From the NCBI GenBank assembly GCA_018815925.1, contig JAHIWS010000017.1:15285-79284 (forward strand): 64,000 nt of DNA. The letters are read 5' to 3'. The notes beneath the pieces are model-generated. The model ran no database searches. It worked only from the letters and a program-made list of their open reading frames with translations, and was not told the origin of the DNA. Every line of letters starts with the position of its first letter. Position 1 is the stretch's first letter. Positions 47,281 through 56,360 of this stretch are shown one piece after another. The position numbers and the translations under genes are program-made. Source of the DNA: Nanobdellota archaeon (GTDB taxonomy: Archaea; Nanobdellota; Nanobdellia; Pacearchaeales; GW2011-AR1).

Positions 47281-48123
47281 CTAATCTTTATTTTCTTGAC
47301 GAAGCTTTATTAATTCTTTTTCATAATTTTCTATTCTTTTTTTGACAGCATCAATTTTTTCTTGTTTTTTACTTTTTTCTTTATTTTCACCTGTTTCCTT
47401 AATCTTTTTTATTTCTTCTTTAACTTCTCTTATTTTATCTTCTGATTCTTTTATTGTTTTTTCAAGATCATCAATTTTGTCTTGTTTTTTGGCTTTTACT
47501 TCACTTAATTTTCTTACTTTTATTTCTTTAGGTTCTTTTTCTAATTTGTATTTTGTTATTTTTGAAGTAATAAAAACAATAATTAGTAGAGCAAAGATTC
47601 CAACAATAAAATAAAATATTTTACTTGAAAAAACATTTCCAATAACAAAACCAGTAATAGCAGCACTGTTTTGACTATTTTCATCTTCTATTAAAATTTC
47701 ATCTTCTATTGTTTCATTTTCAGGTTCTTCTGTAATATTGATTTCATTGTTTGGAGTTTCAATAAATTCAAAGTAAGATGGGGCTCTTTCTATGTAGATT
47801 TCTTCTCCTGCTGCATTCTTTAGAAACATTTCTGGATTTAATGTCCAGGTTACTTTTTCTCCATCTTTTTTAATAAAGAGTATTAAATTAAATTCAGGCT
47901 CATTAGATAAAAGAGTAAAATAGCAATCTCCATATTGATTTGATATATTTTTAAAAACCTCTATTTTGCCTTCACTTGGAGAAAAACCAATCTTATAAGT
48001 AGTTATTTGTACTTCGTGATAAGGCATTGTTTTTATTTTTATTTCAGTAGTATATGCACTCACAACCTGAAATAATAAAATAAATACTAATAAAGCTAAA
48101 ACTAATTTACCTCTTTCTTTCAT
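47281..48123 (-). CDS. Type I membrane protein with an ITGFVIG motif and a cytoplasmic coiled coil
   Basis: Signal peptide (VVSA), acidic linker, AAITGFVIG, TM helix, K/E-rich coiled-coil tail. Confidence 0.7.
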   Translation of the reverse strand: MKERGKLVLALLVFILLFQVVSAYTTEIKIKTMPYHEVQITTYKIGFSPSEGKIEVFKNISNQYGDCYFTLLSNEPEFNLILFIKKDGEKVTWTLNPEMFLKNAAGEEIYIERAPSYFEFIETPNNEINITEEPENETIEDEILIEDENSQNSAAITGFVIGNVFSSKIFYFIVGIFALLIIVFITSKITKYKLEKEPKEIKVRKLSEVKAKKQDKIDDLEKTIKESEDKIREVKEEIKKIKETGENKEKSKKQEKIDAVKKRIENYEKELIKLRQENKD

Positions 48124-48222
48124 TTTTAAACCAGTATTTTTTTATTTATAAAGTTTTTTACATTGCAAAATAAGGCTTCTCAAAACATTTATATATTTCA
48201 GAGTCTTTAAATTTATAATAAA

Positions 48223-48615
48223 ATGGCTTTAAGATCTAATGAAAATTCTGCTGGTGCATGGGCTTTTTTAATAGGAGTTATTCTTGCAGTGGTTATTGGA
48301 TTAAGCACATCATCTTTTCTTTCTATAGAAAGCATAACAAAATATAGTTCTCAGATTTATGCTATTCTCATAATTTTAGGTTTTTTTGTTGGTTTTTCTA
48401 TAAATGTAGGTGGTAAGGATTCTCAGAGTTTTTTATTAGCAGGAGCTATTTTAGTCGTTGTTAGTAAATTTGGTATGGAGAGTGTTGTTGGTTCTTTAAT
48501 TGGAATAGGAATTGGATCCACAGTTTCTTCAACTTTTGCAGCTCTTTTAGCTTTGTTTGTACCTGCAACAATAATTGTAGCCCTCAAGACTGTTTTTTCA
48601 CTGGCTAAGGTTTAG
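48223..48615 (+). CDS. Conserved hypothetical four-TM protein
   Basis: GAWAFLIGVILA, FLLAG, FVPATIIVALK. Confidence 0.75.
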   Translation: MALRSNENSAGAWAFLIGVILAVVIGLSTSSFLSIESITKYSSQIYAILIILGFFVGFSINVGGKDSQSFLLAGAILVVVSKFGMESVVGSLIGIGIGSTVSSTFAALLALFVPATIIVALKTVFSLAKV

Positions 48616-49101
48616 AAGTTATTAGGATTAAACAATCTATCCTCACAGCCAATGTAAACTTCTAAAGCAAAAATAAGAAAGGAATAATTACTTAGTTTTT
48701 TAGAAATTTTTAAAAAACCAAGAATAATGTAAGATTATGGAAATTATAAATAATATGGAATTACTTTCTTCAATAAAATTTAATATTGTAATAGATAATA
48801 CTAAATTAAAACAATTTGAGGAGGTATTCCAATAACATTGAAAAGTGTTGCAGAAGTTTTAACAAGATCCCTTCCAAAACTGGGTGCAACCTCTGCAATA
48901 GGAGGATCTAATTCAAGGGATTATAAATTATATGCTTCAACAATATATATTATTGGAAATGAACAAAATGGTTATCACTTAGCCCCTAAATTTCCAAATA
49001 TTTCAGAAACCTATATCTCTTGTGGAAGATTAATTCCAATAAAATAATTCTTACCCTTTTTATTTCTAGGTGATTCTAAAAAACAAAAAACTAGATAATT
49101 T

Positions 49102-49722
49102 TTAATCCAATTTTTTTAAATTGCTCACATTAACAATCCTACTATCCATATCAAGCCTTGGGCAGGAAGTATTTATCCAAGAGTCAATTTTAAAGTTTTC
49201 AAATTCAAAAGAGTTAATATTATCTCCTAGAAATAAATAAGATTTTTTATTTTTTATTTTGTTTTTTACTTCTAAAGCTTTTTTTAGATTTTGCTGACCA
49301 GGTTTTGTTGAAATCAATATACCAATTTTATTTGCATGAAGAAATTTCAAAAAACTAGCTTTTTGCTTTTTTTCAAGTGTTTCAATATCTTTTTTTGAAA
49401 TTTTATAGAGTTGGTTTTGTTCTAGTATATAAATAGGGAGCTTTGTTTCTTGAGCAAGAGATATTGCATGAAATCTTCCAGAACCTACTAGGAGTATAGC
49501 TTGTGTTGTTTTTGAAAGTTTAGGTTTACTACAACCTAAAACCTGCATAGTTTTTGTTATTTCATGGTTTTTTGATAATATTTTTTCAATTTCAAACACA
49601 ATATTTTGATACTGTATAGAATAAGCTATAGAGATAGTCTTAGGTAATTTTTTTGATATTTCAAGTATCTTTGCTTTATTTACTTCTGATCTGACTTTTG
49701 CTGGGATGAATATTGTTTTCAT
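49102..49722 (-). CDS. dph2: Diphthamide biosynthesis protein Dph2, N-terminally shortened
   Basis: SIQY, QVLGC, GSGRFH, GILISTKPGQ, NTSCPRL. Confidence 0.85.
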   Translation of the reverse strand: MKTIFIPAKVRSEVNKAKILEISKKLPKTISIAYSIQYQNIVFEIEKILSKNHEITKTMQVLGCSKPKLSKTTQAILLVGSGRFHAISLAQETKLPIYILEQNQLYKISKKDIETLEKKQKASFLKFLHANKIGILISTKPGQQNLKKALEVKNKIKNKKSYLFLGDNINSFEFENFKIDSWINTSCPRLDMDSRIVNVSNLKKLD

Positions 49723-49775
49723 TGTAATTTTAAACAGAAATAAGTAGTTTTAAAGGTTTTGGGGTTAACAAGAAT

Positions 49776-50165
49776 TCAATCCCACCTATCTTTTTTTTCT
49801 TCAGGGGGTTTTACTGCTTTGTGAATTTTTGCAAAAGAAGGAGTTACAATTATCATGTTTTCTCCAAACCCGGCAATACTTCCTTCAAGAGCATCTGCTG
49901 TTTTTTTTATTTTTGATACAGCTCTTTTCAACTCTATTGAATCTTTTTGTCTAAGAATTTTAATATCAACTATCGCAATTGTATAACCTTCTCTTAAAGA
50001 ATTAAGAATATCAGTAACATCTTCGTATTGTTTTAGTGTAAATAGTTTTACAAGAACCTTGTTTTCTTTTTCAGGCTGATCTAAATCAATTTCTAAATAT
50101 TCATTGCCAACTTCTTCATCATCTGTTGAGCCTGAAAAAACCTTTTTTAGTTTATCAAAAACCAT
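49776..50165 (-). CDS. sepF: Cell division protein SepF (archaeal type)
   Basis: EYLEID, LREGYTIAIVDI, LKRAVSKIKK, GSIAG...IIVTP. Confidence 0.9.
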   Translation of the reverse strand: MVFDKLKKVFSGSTDDEEVGNEYLEIDLDQPEKENKVLVKLFTLKQYEDVTDILNSLREGYTIAIVDIKILRQKDSIELKRAVSKIKKTADALEGSIAGFGENMIIVTPSFAKIHKAVKPPEEKKDRWD

Positions 50166-50218
50166 GGTAATTTTAACTTGCCGAGATTTATAAAGATTTC
50201 GGGGTTTTTTAATATATT

Positions 50219-50542
50219 TTATTTCTTGATAGAGTTCATAACTTCTTTTCTGAGTTTTTTGAGTTGATCAGTTAAAGAACCCTCTTGTTTTTCAAGACTA
50301 TTTATTCTTAAATTCAAAATTTTCTCTTTATTCAAAAGCTCTTCTTTAATTTTAGGTTTTTCTGTTTTAAGCATAAGTTGCCCTATTATTTTATAAACCT
50401 CTTCTCCAGAACATTCTATTTCTTTTAATGCAGATTGAGTTTCATTTAATTCAATTTGGAATGCTTGTTTTTGAAACATGACATTCTGTAGGTTTTGTTC
50501 TAACATTTGCAGTTCTTGCATTTTATTGTCTTGTTCCTTCAT
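50219..50542 (-). CDS. pfdB: Prefoldin beta subunit
   Basis: Coiled coils around VYKIIGQLMLK. Confidence 0.92.
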   Translation of the reverse strand: MKEQDNKMQELQMLEQNLQNVMFQKQAFQIELNETQSALKEIECSGEEVYKIIGQLMLKTEKPKIKEELLNKEKILNLRINSLEKQEGSLTDQLKKLRKEVMNSIKK

Positions 50543-50551
50543 TTTATGATC

Positions 50552-50689
50552 TTATACAGCCCTTATTTTTTTTACTTTTGTTCTTGGTTTGTAAAAAATT
50601 TTACCCCCACAATTAGGGCATACAAATCTCTTTTCAAGGGCAGCACTCTTTATTTTTTTCTCACACTTGAAACATTTATATTCTACCAT
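50552..50689 (-). CDS. rpo12: RNA polymerase subunit Rpo12 (P), not in the ORF track
   Basis: Hand translation MVEYKCFKCEKKIKSAALEKRFVCPNCGGKIFYKPRTKVKKIRAV; zinc ribbon in the canonical eL43-rpoP-pfdB context. Confidence 0.92.
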   Translation of the reverse strand: MVEYKCFKCEKKIKSAALEKRFVCPNCGGKIFYKPRTKVKKIRAV

Positions 50690-50733
50690 TTTATTATATT
50701 TTTTAGTTTGTTTTTAAAGTATTCTATTTTATT

Positions 50734-50967
50734 TTAGTTGTATGTCTGAATAATCTCTTTGTCTAAATTCAGGTAGGCATTCATCCTACTTCCTCTTCCC
50801 TTGTTTTTTAATTTTTCTTCCATTTGTTTTTGAAAAACATTTATTTTTTTCAGATCCCCGTTAAAAGTATCTTTATTATAAATATAACTAGTAAGACTAA
50901 ATAATTCATTTGTATACAAAGGAGCTATATCATAAAAGCCCTTATAATCTACTTCTCTATTTATCAT
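50734..50967 (-). CDS. Hypothetical protein inserted between eL43 and Rpo12
   Basis: 77-aa ORF starting 1 nt after the eL43 stop. Confidence 0.55.
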   Translation of the reverse strand: MINREVDYKGFYDIAPLYTNELFSLTSYIYNKDTFNGDLKKINVFQKQMEEKLKNKGRGSRMNAYLNLDKEIIQTYN

Positions 50968-50968
50968 T

Positions 50969-51193
50969 TTAATCTAAATAATATGTATTTGATGCAAATT
51001 TTTTATTGCATTTTTTCCTTGTACATTGCCAAATTCCTTTTGAAAGTCTTTTTACTCCTAATTTTCCACAAAAAGGACATTTTTGTTTTTTTCTTTGTTT
51101 TTCTTCGACTTTTACTAATTTATTTCTAACTCTTTTTCCGTATCTAGCTCCAAAACGGCCTGCTGATTTTGTTTTTTTTAATTTTGTTGGCAT
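50969..51193 (-). CDS. rpl37ae: 50S ribosomal protein eL43 (L37Ae)
   Basis: AGRFGARYG, CPFCG, GIWQC..C. Confidence 0.95.
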   Translation of the reverse strand: MPTKLKKTKSAGRFGARYGKRVRNKLVKVEEKQRKKQKCPFCGKLGVKRLSKGIWQCTRKKCNKKFASNTYYLD

Positions 51194-51204
51194 TTTTTAT
51201 TAAA

Positions 51205-51278
51205 TGGGGCTGCCAAGATTTGAACTTGGGTCGCCAGGTCCCAAACCTGGAATACTAACCAGGCTATACTACAGCCCC
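51205..51278 (-). tRNA. tRNA-Pro(UGG)
   Basis: Reverse complement GGGGCTG...CCAGG-TT-TGG-GA-CCTGG...GTTCAAATC...CAGCCCC-A; CCA not encoded. Confidence 0.95.
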
Positions 51279-51318
51279 TTATAATTTAAGGGGTCAGAGC
51301 AATTTATAAACCTAACCT

Positions 51319-51972
51319 TTATTTCTTTTCCTCTTTTTTATCTTCGACTTTCTCTTCTGTTTTTGTTTCTCCAACAGGTTTTTCTTTTTTTGCTTCTTCT
51401 GCTTCTTGTTCTTGTTTAATTAATTTTTCCTGTTCTTTTTGTATCGCTTTAAAATATTCATCTAATTTTTTCTTTTTTTCTTCTGGAGTTTCTGTTTTTT
51501 CTTCTTCAATTTCTTTACCAAACTTTCCTCCCGCAATTTGATGCCCTAAATCTGCAGCTAGTTGATTTTCTACTAAAATTCCAAGACTTGCACAAGTTCC
51601 TATTACATTTTTAACAGCAGTTTTTAAATTATTACAAAGAAGGTTTGGGAGTTTAGTTTTAGCAATAGATATTACTTGCTCTATTGAAATATTTCCAGCA
51701 TATTGTTTTTTTTGAAGTCCAGAACCCTTTTCAATTCCAAGTTCTTTTTTTAATAATTCAGATACAGGAGGAGAAAAAACCTTTACTTCAAATTCTTTAG
51801 TTCCTACATCCACATCAAGTTCAACAGGAACTTTCATTCCTTTGAAATTTTTTGTTGCTTCATTAACTTTATTTATAACCTCTCCAATATTTATTCCTAC
51901 AGGACCAAGTTTCTGGCTAAGAGCAGGACCTGGTGACATGCTTCCTCCTTCTGCTAGAATTTTAATTATCAT
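51319..51972 (-). CDS. rpl11: 50S ribosomal protein uL11 with a charged C-terminal extension
   Basis: PGPAL..KLGP.G.N, GMKVPV, PPVSELLKKE, GTCASLG. Confidence 0.95.
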   Translation of the reverse strand: MIIKILAEGGSMSPGPALSQKLGPVGINIGEVINKVNEATKNFKGMKVPVELDVDVGTKEFEVKVFSPPVSELLKKELGIEKGSGLQKKQYAGNISIEQVISIAKTKLPNLLCNNLKTAVKNVIGTCASLGILVENQLAADLGHQIAGGKFGKEIEEEKTETPEEKKKKLDEYFKAIQKEQEKLIKQEQEAEEAKKEKPVGETKTEEKVEDKKEEKK

Positions 51973-52183
51973 TTTGCACTCCTAATAATTGGACCAATTT
52001 ATTTTGTTTTAAAACTAAATTATCATGTTCTATTAAAGTTTCTACAGCCGATTCATATTCCCCTGTACCTCCTGTTTTTTCTAATCTTGACATCCTACCT
52101 TCATAAAGAGTTGCCAAATAGGTTATTCTATTATTTATTTTATCTATTTTTAATTTTAAATACAACCCGTATATTTTATTCAT
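51962..52183 (-). CDS. Hypothetical protein inserted between Spt5 and uL11
   Basis: 73-aa ORF overlapping both neighbours; carries GGAGTG just before the uL11 ATG. Confidence 0.6.
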   Translation of the reverse strand: MNKIYGLYLKLKIDKINNRITYLATLYEGRMSRLEKTGGTGEYESAVETLIEHDNLVLKQNKLVQLLGVQNDN

Positions 52184-52628
52184 CTTCTTCCTCCTCCCTT
52201 CGAATTACTTTTACATTATCGAGTTTAACTGTGACAGGCAATGGAACAACTGCTGCAAGTAAACTAACAACAACCTCTTCTTTTTGTTTATCTATTCTTA
52301 CTACTTTTGCTTTTTCTTTTTTAAAAGGTTCTGCAATCATTTCAACAATATCTCCTTCTTTAATTTGAATATCTGCTATAGAAGGTTCCACCATATTTTT
52401 GATTTCTTCATAACCTATTGTTTTTCCAATAATACCTTTTACATACGGAAGATTAAAAACAGCTTCTTCTGCACTTTCACGATCTTCTGCTTCTAAAAGA
52501 ATATAACCTCTAAGACCATGCGGACGTGATACTGAAAAAACATTTAGTTCTTTTTTTCTTATTCTGTCAGCAATCATGTCAACTGCTCTTTCTTCTTTGT
52601 TTGTTGTTACTTTTATAATAAATATCAT
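52176..52628 (-). CDS. spt5: Transcription elongation factor Spt5 (NusG)
   Basis: NGN domain (LRGYILLEA) plus KOW (GDIVE...PFK.EKAKV). Confidence 0.95.
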   Translation of the reverse strand: MIFIIKVTTNKEERAVDMIADRIRKKELNVFSVSRPHGLRGYILLEAEDRESAEEAVFNLPYVKGIIGKTIGYEEIKNMVEPSIADIQIKEGDIVEMIAEPFKKEKAKVVRIDKQKEEVVVSLLAAVVPLPVTVKLDNVKVIRREEEEDE

Positions 52629-52707
52629 TTTATTTTGCTTCCACTACCCCTCAACTTTGTAATGTGTTAAGAAGTATAAATATATTTAAAATTAAACCTT
52701 TATAAAA

Positions 52708-52956
52708 TTAATGTTTTCTTCTATTATAACTATCTTTAAGAACTACAGCAGCAGCAGATAAGATTGGAGGTATGACTCCTGCTGTTGCCAAATTCATTGA
52801 TGTTTCATACATTAAGGGATTTGGATTTGATATATGATACTCTAACGCTAGTCCAATACCAGATGAAATTAAAACAGCTCCAAATACAATTGATCCTAAT
52901 AAACCTTGTTCAAGTGAAATCCCTTTTTTATTATTTTTTAAATTATTGTCTTCCAT
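52708..52956 (-). CDS. Hypothetical two-TM protein between secE and spt5
   Basis: 82-aa ORF, two hydrophobic segments, own TATA-like box. Confidence 0.6.
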   Translation of the reverse strand: MEDNNLKNNKKGISLEQGLLGSIVFGAVLISSGIGLALEYHISNPNPLMYETSMNLATAGVIPPILSAAAVVLKDSYNRRKH

Positions 52957-53013
52957 ATATTAAATTACAAAAAGCCATTTAAATATTTAATTTTAATGGA
53001 TTATAACTTTAAT

Positions 53014-53190
53014 TTATACAAAAATTTTCATAATTAATGAAATTAAGAAGCCGAGCAATCCAAGAATAGCTATACCTATTGAAGATATTTTAGAAACTTG
53101 CTCATATTCTTTTTTATTTGGTTTTTTAAGAATATGCCACACTCTTTTACACTTAAGTAAAAAGGACTTTGATTTTAATAGTATTGTCAT
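53014..53190 (-). CDS. secE: Preprotein translocase subunit SecE (Sec61-gamma), not in the ORF track
   Basis: Hand translation MTILLKSKSFLLKCKRVWHILKKPNKKEYEQVSKISSIGIAILGLLGFLISLIMKIFV; RV...KKP...EY plus TM; ftsZ-secE-spt5 context. Confidence 0.93.
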   Translation of the reverse strand: MTILLKSKSFLLKCKRVWHILKKPNKKEYEQVSKISSIGIAILGLLGFLISLIMKIFV

Positions 53191-53224
53191 GATTTAAATA
53201 GAAATAAAGAGTTTTTAAAATTTG

Positions 53225-53698
53225 TTAATAATCATAATAAGAATAATCGTTTATTATTTCTATTCCCATTGCCTTTGCAGTTTTAATATTAGATTCTTCC
53301 ATAAACCATTTAGATAATCTTTCAAATTGAGCTTTTTTACAAATGTCCCAATTGGCTCTAGGAGTATCTTCTTTTGGGAGTTGTTTTTCTTCAAATCTTA
53401 ATAAAAGTTTTGTGGTTGGAGGAGCTCCAGGATAAGTTAAATCAACTTGAATAAATTGGTAACCTACTGAAAAACCCATATTGGTATTAATAGGCATAAA
53501 ACAAATATTATCTCTTTTAATAATTATCTCTATAATTTTCCCTAGTTGTCTTTTAGTTAATTTTTTATCTTTATAATTATCTACAAATCCTTCTCCATAA
53601 ACTTTAGAACATACTCTTTGAACACCTCTCATAGATTTATCTAGTTTAGTAAAGAAATTTATATCTGCTGAGGTTAATTTTTTTGATAATTTTGTCAT
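53225..53698 (-). CDS. Hypothetical protein inserted between ftsZ and secE
   Basis: 157-aa ORF from ATG 53698, 1 nt after the ftsZ stop. Confidence 0.6.
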   Translation of the reverse strand: MTKLSKKLTSADINFFTKLDKSMRGVQRVCSKVYGEGFVDNYKDKKLTKRQLGKIIEIIIKRDNICFMPINTNMGFSVGYQFIQVDLTYPGAPPTTKLLLRFEEKQLPKEDTPRANWDICKKAQFERLSKWFMEESNIKTAKAMGIEIINDYSYYDY

Positions 53699-53699
53699 A

Positions 53700-54821
53700 T
53701 TATTCAATAAACTCAATTCCTAATTCTTCCTCGATTTCACGGTGTTTCATACTTTCTACAGATTCACCATGTCCTAGAATTTGAGCTGATTTAACTCCTG
53801 TAACAATTAATAAAACTCTAATTGATTTTTCCATATCAGCAGAAATCTGGGCTCCCCATATTAATCTCGCGTCAGGACTTAGTTTTTCTCCTATTGTTTC
53901 TATTATTATTTTACACTCTTCTAGGCTCATATTAGGACCTCCAACAATATTTACTAAAGAACCAGTTGCATTTGAAATATCAACATCAAGTAAAGGATTT
54001 TGGATTGCTTTGTTAACAGCATCCATAGCTCTTTGCTCTGTATCAGATTCACCCATTCCTATTAAAGAAACACCTCCATTTGCCATGACAGCCCTTATAT
54101 CTGCAAAATCAAGATTAACTAAACCAGAAGTTGTTACTAATTCAGTGACTCCTTTAACCGCATTAGTGAGTATTTCATCAGCAATTTTAAATGCTGTATG
54201 TAATGGAAGTTCAGGAGCTAATTCTAAAAGTTTATCATTGGGAATAACTATAAGGGTATCAACACTAGCTTCAAGTCTTTCAAGACCATCCATTGCATTC
54301 TCAATTCTTTTTTTACCTTCTATTGTAAAAGGAAGAGTCACAACCCCTATAGTCAAAGAACCTTGTTTTTTTGCCAAATCTGCAATAACAGGAGCAGCTC
54401 CTGTTCCTGTTCCTCCTCCTAATCCACATGTAATAAAAATCATATCGCTTCCTAAAAGTTTTTTCTTTATTTCAGATCCAGATTCTTTTGCTGCTTCTTG
54501 CCCTATTTTTGGATTGCTTCCAGCTCCTAAACCTTGTGTTAATTCTTTTCCAATCAAAATTTTATGGTCAGCATTAACATAAAGAAGATCTTGTGCATCT
54601 GTATTTATTGCTATAAGTTCCCCTCCTTTGATTCCAATTTCTCTCATTCTGCTTAAAGAATTGCCTCCACCACCCCCAACTCCAATAACTTTAATTTTAG
54701 CTGATTGTTTTTTAAGGAGTTCTTCTAATTCATGATCAATTTCTTTTAGTTCAGAAGAAAATTCAGACATAGGTTTAGAATATGAATTCCCTCCATTATT
54801 TGAACCATAAATATCATCCAT
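53700..54821 (-). CDS. ftsZ: Cell division protein FtsZ (FtsZ1-type context)
   Basis: GVGGGG.N, NTDAQ, GGGTGTG, NLDFAD; ATG 54821 lies 29 nt from a TATA box. Confidence 0.97.
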   Translation of the reverse strand: MDDIYGSNNGGNSYSKPMSEFSSELKEIDHELEELLKKQSAKIKVIGVGGGGGNSLSRMREIGIKGGELIAINTDAQDLLYVNADHKILIGKELTQGLGAGSNPKIGQEAAKESGSEIKKKLLGSDMIFITCGLGGGTGTGAAPVIADLAKKQGSLTIGVVTLPFTIEGKKRIENAMDGLERLEASVDTLIVIPNDKLLELAPELPLHTAFKIADEILTNAVKGVTELVTTSGLVNLDFADIRAVMANGGVSLIGMGESDTEQRAMDAVNKAIQNPLLDVDISNATGSLVNIVGGPNMSLEECKIIIETIGEKLSPDARLIWGAQISADMEKSIRVLLIVTGVKSAQILGHGESVESMKHREIEEELGIEFIE

Positions 54822-54843
54822 GTCTTGAAGTAAGCAGGAATTA

Positions 54844-54864
54844 TTTATAAGCATTATTGTGGTA
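54844..54864 (-). promoter_or_regulatory. ftsZ promoter motif TACCACAATAATGCTTATAAA, shared with 62923-62943 and 63242-63258
   Basis: 17-nt exact match TAAGCATTATTGTGGTA at 54848 and 62927. Confidence 0.6.
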
Positions 54865-54913
54865 CAAAAAACACCAAAGTGTTTTAGAGAATTATTGTGC
54901 TCTTTTAGGAGGG

Positions 54914-55237
54914 TTATTTTAAAATTTTAAAATTTTCTTCATCTATTTGTTTTTTATATTGATTAAAAAAATTCTTAACAGATGGAAGAAGAGCTTTGTT
55001 ATACAACACTTCTATTCTTTTATACCCTAATTTATGTGGTCCAGTAAAAGGATGTTCATAATTACCTATAAATTCTAATTTTCCTTTATTATCTATAACA
55101 ATTTTAACTAAACTTTCTTCACTATGTCCATCAAAGATAGTCCTCTCTAAAAATACTTTTTTATTTTGTTTATCTATTAAATAAAAAACTCCAAAATCAA
55201 GATCTTTAAATTCAATTCCTTCTGTTTCAGTTGGCAT
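54914..55237 (-). CDS. Hypothetical protein
   Basis: 107-aa ORF with a TATA box upstream. Confidence 0.55.
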   Translation of the reverse strand: MPTETEGIEFKDLDFGVFYLIDKQNKKVFLERTIFDGHSEESLVKIVIDNKGKLEFIGNYEHPFTGPHKLGYKRIEVLYNKALLPSVKNFFNQYKKQIDEENFKILK

Positions 55238-55267
55238 TTTTAAAAAATTAAATCTAGTATTTATAAT

Positions 55268-55921
55268 TTATTGTTCTTTATCAATATTTTTTTTGTTTTC
55301 AATTTCTTTAACTTCTAGATCCAAGCCCAAAATATCTTTGAATTTATCTTTGAAAAGCCCTGCAAATTGTTTCATGCCTTTATCAACATTTAATACAATT
55401 TTCTTCTCTTCTATCTTAAACTCAAAATCTTTTCTAAATAAGAATTCAATAATAGATTTTACTTTTTCATTTAGATCAGTTACAATTCTTTTTACATTTA
55501 TATCATAAATAACATCTTTTCCTGCTATTGGATTATTAAAATCAGTTAAAATTCTACCTCCAGAAGCACTTAATATTTTTCCAATTCTTCCATCAAAATT
55601 AAATATTGCTCCAGGAATTGGGTTAATTTGTTGTTCTTTAAAAACTTTCATTGGAATTCTTTTTATTAGTTCTGGATTTCTATTACCAAATGCTTTTTCA
55701 GGAGAAAGTTCAACTTTATATTCTCCAATATTTTTTTCAATCAAAAAATCTTCAACACTTTTCAGAAACATTTCTTGTCCAAGAACAATTATAAGTGGTT
55801 TTGCTTGTATCTGAGGATTTATTTTTTGAAGATCTTCTTTGATATTTGAATCAAAAATGTTTCCTTCTTTAGTTTTTGCTGTAAATTCTATTTCAATGAA
55901 ATCATTTTTTTTAAGAGGCAT
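55268..55921 (-). CDS. FKBP-type peptidyl-prolyl isomerase (SlyD-like, long archaeal form)
   Basis: DFIEIEFT, IFDSN, SPEKAFG.RN, GGRILTDFNNPIAGK. Confidence 0.9.
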   Translation of the reverse strand: MPLKKNDFIEIEFTAKTKEGNIFDSNIKEDLQKINPQIQAKPLIIVLGQEMFLKSVEDFLIEKNIGEYKVELSPEKAFGNRNPELIKRIPMKVFKEQQINPIPGAIFNFDGRIGKILSASGGRILTDFNNPIAGKDVIYDINVKRIVTDLNEKVKSIIEFLFRKDFEFKIEEKKIVLNVDKGMKQFAGLFKDKFKDILGLDLEVKEIENKKNIDKEQ

Positions 55922-55971
55922 AAAAGAAATTTCTCAGCAATCTTTATAAATCTACCTTTTCTTCCTAACTT

Positions 55972-56358
55972 ATGGTTGCTAAAATTATTAATGCTACAGA
56001 GGCGAGAGTAGGAACTAATATTCTTCTCGAAGGTGAACCTTATACTGTAAAAAAAATAGATATAAGCAGTACAGGAAAACATGGGCATTCTAAATGTAGG
56101 ATTGAAGCAACAGGCATAATTAGTGATAAGAAAAAAGTTTTTGTTATTCCAGGACATGATAGATTTGAGGTTCCAATGGTAAATAAAAACAAAGCACAAG
56201 TTTTATCAATAGGGGATAAAGTAAGTGTTATGGATCTTGAAAGTTTTGAAACTTTAGAAATTCCTTGTTCAGATGAAATAAAATCAGAATTAAATGAAAA
56301 CTCTAATGTTGAATATTGGGATATTGAGGGGCAGAGGATAATCAAACGGAAATTATAA
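55972..56358 (+). CDS. eif5a: Translation factor aIF5A
   Basis: Hypusine loop STGKHGHSK; VMDLESFET. Confidence 0.95.
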   Translation: MVAKIINATEARVGTNILLEGEPYTVKKIDISSTGKHGHSKCRIEATGIISDKKKVFVIPGHDRFEVPMVNKNKAQVLSIGDKVSVMDLESFETLEIPCSDEIKSELNENSNVEYWDIEGQRIIKRKL

Positions 56359-56360
56359 AA

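Noticed and set aside
48620-49047. ORF 48838-49047 and nearby fragments
   Set aside because: TTG start, no clear promoter or motif, and surrounding frames broken by stops. Possibly decayed DNA, but not supportable as a gene.
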